The translations under genes were made by a program, and so were the position numbers. A stretch of DNA of 13,233 nucleotides from contig JAWQFM010000025.1 in NCBI GenBank assembly GCA_033442325.1, positions 173,716 through 186,948 on the forward strand, given 5' to 3'. The first letter of the stretch is position 1. Each line of letters opens with the position of its first letter. This document shows positions 1 to 10,305 of this stretch, piece after piece. Origin of the DNA: Salpingoeca rosetta. Its lineage: Eukaryota > Protista > Choanoflagellata. The notes below the pieces were generated by a model that was given only the letters and a program-made list of their open reading frames with translations, was not told the DNA's origin and ran no database searches.

Positions 1-1150
1 GGGCAAGCTTCCATCATGGTGATGCCAAACGACACACGTGGCACAGGCTGTCGCATTTTGCCTTGCGGTCGTGCTCGCAGACAATCACTTCGGGTGCCAT
101 CCAGTGCAGGCTGCCAACAAACGTGTTGCGCTTGGCGCCGTCCTGCTTGTTGAAGGCGGATACGCCAAAGCCCGCAAGCTTCGCCATCCCGTCCTGCGTT
201 CAATTTCAACATGGTGCAGTGGGTGCAATGGGCAGTTGATGTGAGAAGAGAGGGATGATGAGGTCGTAAGGCAAGCACAGACAGCGTGGACGCATGCGGT
301 TGGCACAGCGAACTCAGGCTCCTTACACCGACAGACGGACGCATGCGCAAGGACCATGCACCACAGACGCAATGATACGCACACAAGTGACGAGGGTGTT
401 GCTGGCGTTGATATCGCGATGGATGACGCCGCAGCCATGCAAGAAAAGCGGATGCCCTTGACCATCTGGTGCGCAATGCACTCCATGGCATCCTCAGGCA
501 GGCCCGTCCTGTGGTTGACAGCGACAGCATTGAAGAAAATAGGATGGCAAGACGTAAGCGGTTGAAAGGCAAGGCAGTGGAATGTAATGAGTGGTAACGA
601 AGCACCTGAAGTGTGTCGACACATTGGACAAGAAAGAAGAAGAAGAGTGAATTGCACACGCCCACGCTCAATCATCAAGCGAACACAACAGGAAACCAGC
701 TGTCTCACACGTACGGTTGCTTCTCGACGTATTCGGCAAGGGATCCGGCATCGCACACTTCCAGCAAGATCCACAGCTCGTTGTTGTTGTAGTACGCATC
801 CATAAAGTTTGTAATGTTCCGATGTCTGCGTGTCAGGCGAACAAGTACAACGTGAGTGTCAGCTTGGCAGTGCATCAACAAAGAACGGTCAATCGTGGAG
901 GCACACGATGTTATCATGCTGCTCGTGCGTGAGTGGGCCTTGGTCGCTGGGCGTTGGCCACTCACTTGCAGGACGTTAGGATTTCAATCTCCGTGGCAAA
1001 GTTCTGTAGCTCTTCCTGGGCTTGAATAGGGGCGACCTTGGCGGCTGCAAGCTCGCCCGTGGCGCGGTTTCGTACCTACATCCGCGGGAAAGGGGAGAAA
1101 GGGGAGAAGGAAAAAAATGACATGAGGAGCATGTGTGTGTGTGTGTATGT

Positions 1151-1181
<31 letters not shown>

Positions 1182-1195
1182 CGTGTGTGTGTGTG

Positions 1196-1248
<53 letters not shown>

Positions 1249-1475
1249 CAAGCTCGCTTCGACGTTGCCATAACAATGAGCACGAACGCAAGAACGAAAC
1301 AAAGTTGGCGCCAACACACGCATGCACACACACATTCACGGACGAACACATACACCCACTATCAAACCTTGTGCACTTTTCCATATGATCCTGAGCCCAG
1401 GGTCTCCTGCAGCATCCATGTGTTGATGGGGCTCTCCTTCTTGACGTGGCGAAGCTTTCCACCCCCAGCACCCAT
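1..1475 (-). pseudogene. SLK/STK10(LOK)-like STE20 Ser/Thr kinase, 5' part, disrupted (exons 1475-1368, 1075-966, 825-715, 508-383, 193-<1)
   Basis: Manual splicing at GT..AG introns gives [36 protein letters not shown]|[37 protein letters not shown]|HRNITNFMDAYYNNNELWILLEVCDAGSLAEYVEKQP|TGLPEDAMECIAHQMVKGIRF(+2 nt)LHGCGVIHRDINASNTLVTC|DGMAKLAGFGVSAFNKQDGAKRNTFVGSLHWMAPEVIVCEHDRKAKCDSLCHV(-1)SFGITMME(+1)LA. LAAAKV, LWILxExC and WMAPEVxxCE match the SLK/LOK family as I recall it. Frameshifts at ~444-447, ~33 and ~9; DFG>GFG (170-172); HRDxK>HRDIN (407-409). Confidence 0.8.
1132..1247. repeat. (GT)n microsatellite in kinase intron 1; reads (CA)n on the transcribed strand
   Basis: Directly visible, slightly imperfect. 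Confidence 0.95.
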
Positions 1476-1681
1476 CCTGGTGTTGGCGTGACAGGCAGAA
1501 GAAAGAACGGTGTGCGTGTATCCGTCGTGAGTGAGCTGTTGTGGAATATCATGTGAAGATATTGCAGATAATCAGCACTGAGGCGATGCTCCGTCTCACT
1601 GATCTCAATCCAGCCAGCACCAAACACACCTGCTCACTCAAGCCCTCAAGCCTGCTTTCTTCCCTTCTGCCTTCCTCAGTC
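1476..1681. promoter_or_regulatory. Short divergent intergenic region, probable bidirectional promoter plus 5' UTRs
   Basis: 206 bp separate the minus-strand ATG at 1475 from the plus-strand ATG at 1682. No specific promoter motif was identified. Confidence 0.4.
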
Positions 1682-4600
1682 ATGCAATGGCCAATGACTG
1701 CGGCTGTGGCCATGCTGCTGGCGTTGGTGGTTGCCACCACGGTGGCCAGCACACAAGCACGCTCACCCAGCGCAAACGCACAAAACGATCAGGTGTGCTG
1801 TGGTGGTGGCGCATTTTGTTTTTCTTGTTTGTTGTTGTCCTGCTGTCCTTGTGTACTTGTTCGTTTCGTGTTGTAGTGTAGTAGTGTGTATTGATTCATG
1901 CAGAATGCATGACCTCGGTCCCATCTTGCCCCTCTCCTGCATACCAACGCGCACGCTGTGGCATCTGCTCACATGCTTGCTTGCAAGCACCTTCACCCCA
2001 ATGCCGTTCTGATAGCTGTGCTCTGACGTGCACGGGACACTGGACAGCATGGTGCGTGTGCTGGAAGTGCACGACGTGCCGTTCTTCCCCAAGCACGGTG
2101 CCAACAACAAGGGGAACAGCAGTCGCAATGACACAACACCTGCAACTGGAAACACAATGACACGCGAAGACATGCTGCCCTCCTTCCTTGTGGACCTATC
2201 CCCGATTCACCGCATGATGGCCGCATTTGGGTGTGGCGATCGAAATGGGGACGGTAGCAGGGAACTGGAGCTGCTTGAGAATGGAGAACACAGGACACCT
2301 CCCGCTCCATCAGGTACAAGGTCCACCAGCACGTACGTGGAGGAGAGGGTGAATGCCATCCGCCGCAACGAGACCATGCTGCCCTTGCAACAACAGTCAC
2401 AGTCGCAACACAGTCGTGTGCGACGGAATGATGACCCTGAAGTGCAGGCAGGGCAGTGCACGCTGGCGAGCGTGGTGGATGGCACGTGCCCTGGCGTCGA
2501 CAACCGTGGAAGGCTCACCATCACCTTGCGCGAGGGTGACTACGTGGACGACAGCACGGATGCAAGTGGGCTACGAGCCATTTCCAGCATCGTTGTCGAC
2601 TTGACTGTGAATGGGCACGTCGAACAAGCACCACTGCGGTGGATTGTGAAAAATGGCAATTGGACGGTGTGCTATACTGTTGTCTTGGATGGTGTGCAAT
2701 ACCCCATATTTCAGTTGAGCGAGCTCAACCCAATGGCACGCGTGAACACGACTCGGATCCGCGACAGCGTGCTGCTTCGGGAAGTGAGCACGAGCGGGTT
2801 TGCTCTCACACATGAGCTCGTCAACTTTGGTTTGAGCAACAATGCCCTCACATCCGTTCCAGACGTTTCTGGCATGACGTCGCTGAGGATCCTCAACTTG
2901 TACAACAACCGCATCCGTCGCATCGCAAAGGACGTTTTCAAGGGCTTACCAGTCCTGCAGCAGCTGCTCCTGGGCGAGAACCGCATTTCTGAGATCGAGT
3001 CACGGGCGTTTGACGACCTCACTCAGTTGCAGGTACTCACCCTGTTTGCCAACGACCTCAGCGCCATCCCCTCCAGCTTGTTCCATCGTCTCACGAGCCT
3101 CACCACGTTGCAGCTACAGCAGAACCCTATCACGCAACTTGATGCCGACGTATTCGCTGGGCTGACAATGCTGGATCACCTCAGCCTGGTGGACACGCTC
3201 CTCACCAGCTTACCAGCAACACTTTTACGAAACACCACCCGACTCACTCGCCTGGAATTGGCGCGTACCTTCATCACAACTCTTGATGAGACAGTCTTCT
3301 CCGGCCTGTTGTGGCTGGACGTGCTGGACCTCTTCAACAACCGACTGACATCGCTGCCACCGCGCGTGTTCAAGGACTTGACGGCGTTGACGTGGCTTGA
3401 CTTGTTTTCAAATGACATCACTTCCTTACCTGGCACGCTGCTGGAGAATTGCGCTCTTCTCCACGCGTTCTTCTGCAACAACAACCAATTGACCGTCCTT
3501 CCAGCCAACCTGTTCGCCAACAACCCAGCGCTGCTTCAGGTTAACTTGGCCAACAACGCCCTTCGTTCCATCGACACCGCCCTCGAATCGGCACAGCTGT
3601 CTTCTTTGCAGTTCCTCGACTTGGAGAACAATCAACTCACCAAGATGCGTCTGTTTCGAGAATTGCCCCGTCTTCATTATGTTGATTTGAGCGACAACCC
3701 CATGAAGGAGCTGCCAGATGTCACACTCACGCCTGCCCTGGACACTCTCCGGCTTCATAATCACGAAATCAAGCACATGAATTTAGCGCCGCTCCTCCGT
3801 CTGTCCAGCCTCACCATACTTGAGCTTGATGCTTCCCCGCAAGCACACTCCAGAGCAGTGTTGACGGACACCAACGTCGCCGACATTGCGCCGCTGTCAA
3901 CCCTCAGCCTTGAGAACGTCGATATCAGCACCGCTGTCCCATCACTTGCTCACCTTCCGTCGCTCAGCCTACGCACGCTTCACTTGGGCTGGTCGGGCGC
4001 CAGCAGCGATGAGCTTCCAATCAGCACCATGTGCGAGTTGTTTGCAAGCAACCTGCATGAGCTCCGCATTGCCAACACGGACTACCGAGTCATCGAACTG
4101 TGCCCCGACAAGACGTTCGACTCGCTCCTTCTCAACGACAACCAGCACCTGCAATCTGTCACCGTCCACAACCCGCTTCGTGAACTCAACGTGTCTGGCT
4201 GCACCCAGCTCACATCCATTGATGCCCCTCCTGTTGATATTCTGGACATCAGCAACACCAACTTCCCACCAACTGGTGCGCTGTGCACGCGGTGGGGCCG
4301 TCGCATCCTCTTCGCACGCAACTTGGTCAGAGACATCGATACACGACAGGCTGTCACAACTGTACGCAACTGCCTTCGGCAAGTGGACGTGTTGGATCTC
4401 TCTGGCAACACGTGGCTAAGTCAGCTGCCAGAGATCAATCGTGCGACAGAGAGAATTATTGTCTTGTCAGACGAAAAACACTTGTCCGCGGATTTCTTCT
4501 TCCTTCCAAACCGCCCCACCCCTCCCATCCTTCAGTTGACCGATGCGCCGATTGAATGTGCGCTTCAGCTGTTCAATCAGGATTTGCGACCAGTGCGTGA

Positions 4601-5335
4601 CAACTTCACATTGACCCCTCAGATTATGTTCTCCTTCCACTGCACGTGTGCGCGCGGTTTCAAGATGACGTCAGGTGGGCGGTGTGTGTTAGACGAGCCA
4701 GATATCGCCGGCATTGCCGCTGCCTCCGTGATTGGCGGCCTTGGCATTGGCCTGCTCATGGCGTGGCTGTCACGCCGCTACCGGGGCCTCACCAAGCGCA
4801 TTGGTCTGCAGGAGCAGCTGCTGGTGGAGCGAGACGAGGAGGTGATGGCGCTGAAGAAGGCGTGGGAGATTGAGTACAATGAGCTGAGGATGATCAAGCG
4901 AGTGGCTGCGGGTGCCTTTGGCGTGGTGTTCAAGGCAGAGTGGGACACGGTGATGGTGGCAGTCAAAGTGCTGCAGCAAGGGGTGATGATGTTCGACGAG
5001 AGCACGGTGCTTGAGTTTGAAAAGGAGGTGGAGTTTTTGCAGCGCACACGCCACCCCAACGTGGTGCGGTTCTTTGGCGCGGGCACCGACCCCAACGGCA
5101 GCCCGTTCCTGGTGCTGGAGTTTGTGGCCATGGGATCACTCAAAGATCTGTTGGGCAAGGACATGGAACAGGTGTTGATGGAAGTGAGGAGCAGGAAGGT
5201 CGAGGAGAGCAGCAACGGCAGTGTCAGGGATGATGTGAACAGTGTGTTGGATTTGAAGCTGCGGCTGCTTCGCGACGTCGCCAGTGGGATGGCTTTTATC
5301 CACAGCCTCGACCAGATGCACCGGTAAGTGGGATA

Positions 5336-5377
<42 letters not shown>

Positions 5378-6102
5378 CGTGCGTGCGTGTGTGTGTGTGT
5401 GTGCAGCCACGTGCTTCTTGTTCACTGCTCACCGCATCGTCCTACCCTCGCCCCAACTACACCAACACCACCCAAACAGAGACCTGAAGAGCGGCAACGT
5501 GCTTGTTTCATCATCGCTTCGTGCCAAGATTACGGATTTTGGATCCATCCGCCAGTGCTTCACACGTGACAGAAACCACCAGCAGCGCACTCGTCTGTCA
5601 TCCAGCCAAGATGTTTTTGATGATCCCCAGTACAGCCAGCAGGCTGGCTTGCAGACCATGACGAATATGACGCTGACGGCTGGCGTGGGCACGCCGCTGT
5701 ACATGGCGCCAGAGGCATTGACGGGCGACAAGTACAGCTTTGAGGCGGACATCTTCAGCTTTGGCGTGCTGATGTGGGAGGTGGCGACACAGCGTGTGCC
5801 GGATCTGATCAAACAGGAATGCGGCGAGGGGTTCAGCGGTCCCATCTTGGCCACCCTTCGAACGTTGATGGCAGATGGGAAGCGGCTCAAGTTTGAAGAC
5901 AGCGAGAGTGAGTTTTGTGTGTAGGTGTTTGTTTGAGCTGCTTTCTTGCGCGCGTATCTCTCCTCACACACACACATCCTCACACACACCCTCCTCCACA
6001 GGTATCCCCGAGTGGTTCCAGTCGCTGGCGTACAAGTGCATGGCGCAGAACCCGCGTGAGCGCCCGTCGTTTGGAGAATTAAAGGACCACCACTTTGCTT
6101 GA
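1682..6102 (+). CDS. LRR receptor kinase, TKL group, ~1315 aa (exons 1682-1792, 2016-5323, 5480-5907, 6002-6102)
   Basis: Signal peptide MQWPMTAAVAMLLALVVATTVASTQA. About 14 clear 22-25-aa LxxLxLxxNxL repeats start at 2817, with degenerate repeats to ~4430. CTCARGF...GRC at 4641-4685, TM IAGIAAASVIGGLGIGLLMAWL at 4704-4769, then RRYR. Kinase motifs: AAGAFG, VAVK, HR|DLKSGN (split by intron CG|gtaagt..cag|A), DFG, GTPLYMAPE, DIFSFG, RERPSF. Exon lengths sum to 3948 nt, in frame to TGA. The exon 1-2 join is the least certain. Confidence 0.9.
5338..5403. repeat. (GT)n/(GCGT)n microsatellite at the 5' end of LRR-kinase intron 2
   Basis: Directly visible. Confidence 0.95.
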
Positions 6103-6551
6103 ATGTGTTGGGGTTGACATGAACTACATACATGTGCTGTCGTAACCTGCACTGTCCTGGAGCTAGTACCAGCCAGCCAGCCAGGTATTTGGGTTTCCCA
6201 CTTCTTTGTCGAGTCAGCTGTTGGCAACCACGCGGCAGGCGCTGACGACACTCCACTGGCGCCACCTGTCCACACACCTTTAGAGCTTTCTTCTCCTCCT
6301 CTCCTCTCTGTTGAGGAATCTTTCCTGCTACCAATGAACACGAGCGACAACAAAGCCTCGCCTATCACGCCAACAGTCTGTGTGCATGCCCCTATGCTCC
6401 ATCTATGCTCCCTGACCGCTTACACTCTCACTCTCACCCACACGCCCACTTGCGCACGCATTCGTCCATGCATGCGATTCCATGCATGCTGTTGCCTCTG
6501 AGCGCTGGGAATGGTGTAAGATTTCAACGAGTTTTCCCCAATCAAAACAAG

Positions 6552-6771
<220 letters not shown>

Positions 6772-6789
6772 CAAACACCGCCTGCGACA

Positions 6790-9700
6790 ATGTCCACGCC
6801 AAAGCCAACAACTGCAGCCACCACAACCACCACAACAGCAGCAGCGCCCATCTGCACGGATGGGGTGAGCACCTCTGCCATCAAGCGGTTCATGTCGCAG
6901 ATCAAGGATTATCACCCCAACAACTATGAGGAGGTGACCACATACGATGCGTGCCTTAAGCCTGTGCTCCACCGCACGAAGGAATGGAAGTGTTCGTACA
7001 TCGACCTGCTGCGCAGAACCAAACCAGAGGAAGTGGGACCAGCCACTGTGTTCGTGTCGCACGCATGGCAGTACAAGATCTCCGACGTCCTCACCACCAT
7101 GCTGGAGTACGCCGAGGAGGAGGAGGAGAAAAAGCGCAAGGATGAAGATGGAACCAAGAAGGAGACGTTCTTCTGGTTTGACCTCTTCTGCAACAACCAG
7201 CACAAAGAATCGCGCATGGGCCTGTCGCCAGAACAGTGAGTTGCGTGTGTTTGTTTGTTTGTTTGTTTGTTTGTGTGTGTGTGTGTGTGTCTGTGCGTGT
7301 GTGGGTCTGTGCGTGTGCGTACAGTGCTTCACCAGACGTGTGCATTTCATCTTGCCACCTTAACGCACTCACACACACACACACGCACACACACACACAC
7401 ACACACGCACACACGCACACACATACGTGTCATGGCAGGATTGGCGCCCCGTTCAAGAACGCCATTGCATCCATTGGCAAGGTGCTGCTTGTGCTGACGC
7501 CATGGAACAACCCCGTCCCACTGACACGCGCGTGGTGCTTGTGGGAGATCTTCTGCGCCATCAGCCAGAGCAGTGATGACGTCGGATTGGAGATCAGACT
7601 GCCGCAACACCAGCGCACGAAGCTGAGGGAAGCTGTTGTTGATAGCTTTGACGCCGTCACCAACATGCTGGTTGAGGTGCAAGCGGAGAAGGCAGGCGCA
7701 AGTGTCCCAGCAGACAAGGAGATGATCTTCCGGGCGATTGAGGACACTGTGGGCTTCGCTGGAGTGAACAAGGCGGTGAAAGGACAGATGCGCGCCTGGT
7801 GTTTGACGATGGCAAGGTCATTCGTGAAGGAGCTGGAAGACTTGGGTGACCACAACGGAGAGCAGTACTCGTTGCTGTGCAGTCGAGTTGGAGCAGTCAT
7901 GCTCAGTTTTGGCGAACATGATGCTGCCATGAGGTTTCACAAGAAGAGCCTGAAGGCTTTGCGCGACCAGTTTGGGGAAACACATCCATTCACAGCAACT
8001 GCGTACCACCACATTGGCAACGTGCACGACAAGAAGGGTGAGTACGATCGTGCCATCGAGAACTTTGAGAAAGCACTCAAGGTCCAGTGTGACACCCTTG
8101 GTGAGAACCACTCCTACACGGCAGCCATCTATCACAGCTTGGGGCTGACGTATCATAACAGGGGAGAGTACGATCGCGCGCTCCACTTTTACAAGAAGGA
8201 CCTCCATATTACACTCAGCGCACATGGCGAGAACCATCCTTCCACGGCGACTGTGTATCACAATTTGGGCCAGGTGGTCCACAAACAAGGAAAGTACAAT
8301 GAAGCGACTGAGTTCTACAAGAACAGCTTGCAGATCAAGCTGGACACGCTGGGCGAGACGCACCCATCCACAGCAACTACGTACCACAACCTCGGCCAAG
8401 TGTTTCAGAGCAAGGGCGAGCAACAACGCGCAATCGACCATTACACCAAGGCCTTGAAGGTCATGCGTGAGACCTTGGGCGAGGGACACCCCACCACCGC
8501 AACCGTGCTCAGCAACTTGGGCGACGTGCACAGCAGCAGTGGTGAGCTTGACCGAGCGGTTGCATACTTCAAGAAGGCGTTGCAGATTAACATGGACACG
8601 CTTGGCAAGAAGCATCCTTCATACGCAGCCACGTCCCACAACTTGGGGCGAGCGTACGACAAACAGGGCAGGCATGATTGTGCGATCGAGCTCTACGCGC
8701 AAAGCCTGCAGGCAATGGTGGACACGCTGGGAGAGAACCATCCGTCCACCGCAACCGTGTGCCTCAGCCTTGGCGATGCGTACACGAGGAAAGCAGCGTA
8801 TGACCGTGCAATGCATTATTACAAGCGGGGTTTGACCATCTTCCTGGACACATGCGGAGAGAAGCATCCTTCCACCGCTCTAGCGCACGATCACGTGGGC
8901 AATTTGTATGTCAGCAAAGGCGAGCATGCGCGTGCCATTGAGCACTTCAAGAAGGCGCTGCACATCAACATCGATACGCGTGGTGAGCAGCATGCCTTCA
9001 CCTCGGCCACTTATTACAGCTTGGGCAGTGCGTATTACGAGACGCACCAGTATGATCTTGCAGTTGAACACCTCAATCAGGCCCTTCTTGCCGGGAAGCA
9101 CGAATCCACACCCGCCATTTTCCGCCAGCTGGGCAACGCGTATTACAAGAAGGGCGAATACGACCGAGCGATCGACCACTTCAACAAGGCACTGCGGATC
9201 AAGTTGGACACTGTTGGCGAGATGCACGCCTCCACTGCCGCCATCCTCCACGACCTGGGGGACATGTACATCAGCAAGGGCGAGTGTGACCGCGCCATTA
9301 ACTACTTTGAGAGGGCTCTCGACATCAAGGTGCAAACCCTTGGTGAGAAGCACAAGTCCACAGCGACTACATACAACAGCTTGGGCAGCGTGTATGAACG
9401 CAAGGGCGAGTACGATCGCGCTATCCACTGCTACACCAAAGACCTCGAGATCGCGCTCAACACGCTCGGTGACAAGCATCCGTCCACGGCAACGGCATAT
9501 CACAATTTGGGCGATGTGTACGAGAGCAAGGGCGAGTACAAGTTGGCCATGGAAAACTACGAGCGGAGCATTCAAATCAAAGTGGCCACGCTGGGCGAGA
9601 AGCACGCGTCTCTAGCAAGGACGCTGAACAACCTTGGCAGTGTGTATCACGCCCAAGGCGAATGCGCTCGCGCGCTGGAGTGCTTCGAAAAGGCGCTGCA

Positions 9701-10202
9701 TATCAAAGTTGACACACTTGGCGAGAAGCATCCTTCCACAGGAATCACGCACGGGTACTTGGGGAGCGTGCATAGTGAAATGGGCAGTTATGAAGGTGCA
9801 ATCGAGCACTTCCAGAACGCACTGCAGATCCAGGTGAACACGCTGGGAGAGAAACACACGGACACGGCAACCACATATCACTACTTGGGCACCGCGTATG
9901 CTGACAAAGGCGAGCATGACCGTGCCATCGAATGCTTCAGGAAGGCGCTGCAAATCAACATGGACGCGCTCGGACCTGACCACCTGTCCATCGCGTTCAC
10001 CTCAAACAGCATCGGCAAGACCTTCGCCAACCTGTATGATTTCGGCAATGCAATTCCGCACATCAGCCGGGCCGTTGACATCTTTCACGCGAGGCTTGGA
10101 CCCCGTCATCCAGAAACAATGCAGGCGGTCAAATGCCTCGAGAATGTGCGACAAGCCGCGCGTTCAAGTTCAAAAGTGTCACTGCACCAATCCACACTGT
10201 GA
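6790..10202 (+). CDS. TIR/HET-like domain + 18 kinesin-light-chain-type TPRs, ~1069 aa (exons 6790-7235, 7439-10202)
   Basis: A phase-2 intron (CA|gtgagt ... ggcag|G) joins the 149-aa ORF to the 988-aa ORF in frame (3210 nt total). N-terminal motifs: VFVSHAW, FFWFDLFCNNQH, VLLVLTPW, LTRAWCLWE. Eighteen repeats with consensus PSTATxYHNLGxxYxxKGEYDRAIxxFxKALxIxxDTLGEKH span 7860-10109. Confidence 0.9.
7245..7426. repeat. Intron with (GTTT)n/(GT)n at 7245-7320 and complementary (CA)n at 7363-7426
   Basis: Directly visible inside intron 7236-7438. Confidence 0.9.
7860..10109 (+). repeat. Coding tandem array of 18 TPR units (17 x 126 nt + 1 x 108 nt)
   Basis: Repeats counted from the translation; 17x126+108=2250 nt matches the span exactly. 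Confidence 0.9.
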
Positions 10203-10204
10203 TT

Positions 10205-10219
10205 GTGTGTGTGGGGGGG

Positions 10220-10292
<73 letters not shown>

Positions 10293-10305
10293 GTGGGTGG
10301 GTGTG
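10205..10305. repeat. (GT)n microsatellite immediately after the TIR-TPR stop codon
   Basis: Directly visible. Confidence 0.95.

Noticed and set aside
431-460. Programmed ribosomal frameshift at the TTTT run in kinase exon 4
   Set aside because: There is no canonical slippery heptamer, and the downstream DFG/HRDxK substitutions and further indels would still inactivate the product.
85-774. 229-aa minus-strand ORF
   Set aside because: It is a composite of intron sequence, part of kinase exon 4 and out-of-frame read-through after the +2 frameshift, not an independent gene.
1901-1912. Alternative acceptor cag|AAT for LRR-kinase intron 1
   Set aside because: It gives an in-frame TGA two codons later. 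The tag|CTG acceptor at 2015/2016 keeps the frame.
4884-6102. Receptor tyrosine kinase or Toll-like receptor call
   Set aside because: HRDLKSGN and GTPLYMAPE are Ser/Thr/TKL signatures, and this gene has no TIR domain.
7236-7438. First ~68 aa of the 988-aa ORF
   Set aside because: The ORF starts at the GT donor and reads through the intron. The real N-terminus is exon 6790-7235.
7818-9983. Long antisense and alternative-frame ORFs over the TPR gene, and similar ones over the LRR kinase
   Set aside because: Shadow ORFs expected from GC-rich codon bias in repetitive coding sequence; no recognisable motifs.
7860-10109. Kinesin light chain orthologue, or a CRISPR-like periodic array
   Set aside because: There is no KLC heptad region and there are 18 rather than 6 TPRs. 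The 126-nt periodicity is degenerate coding sequence without identical repeats or spacers.
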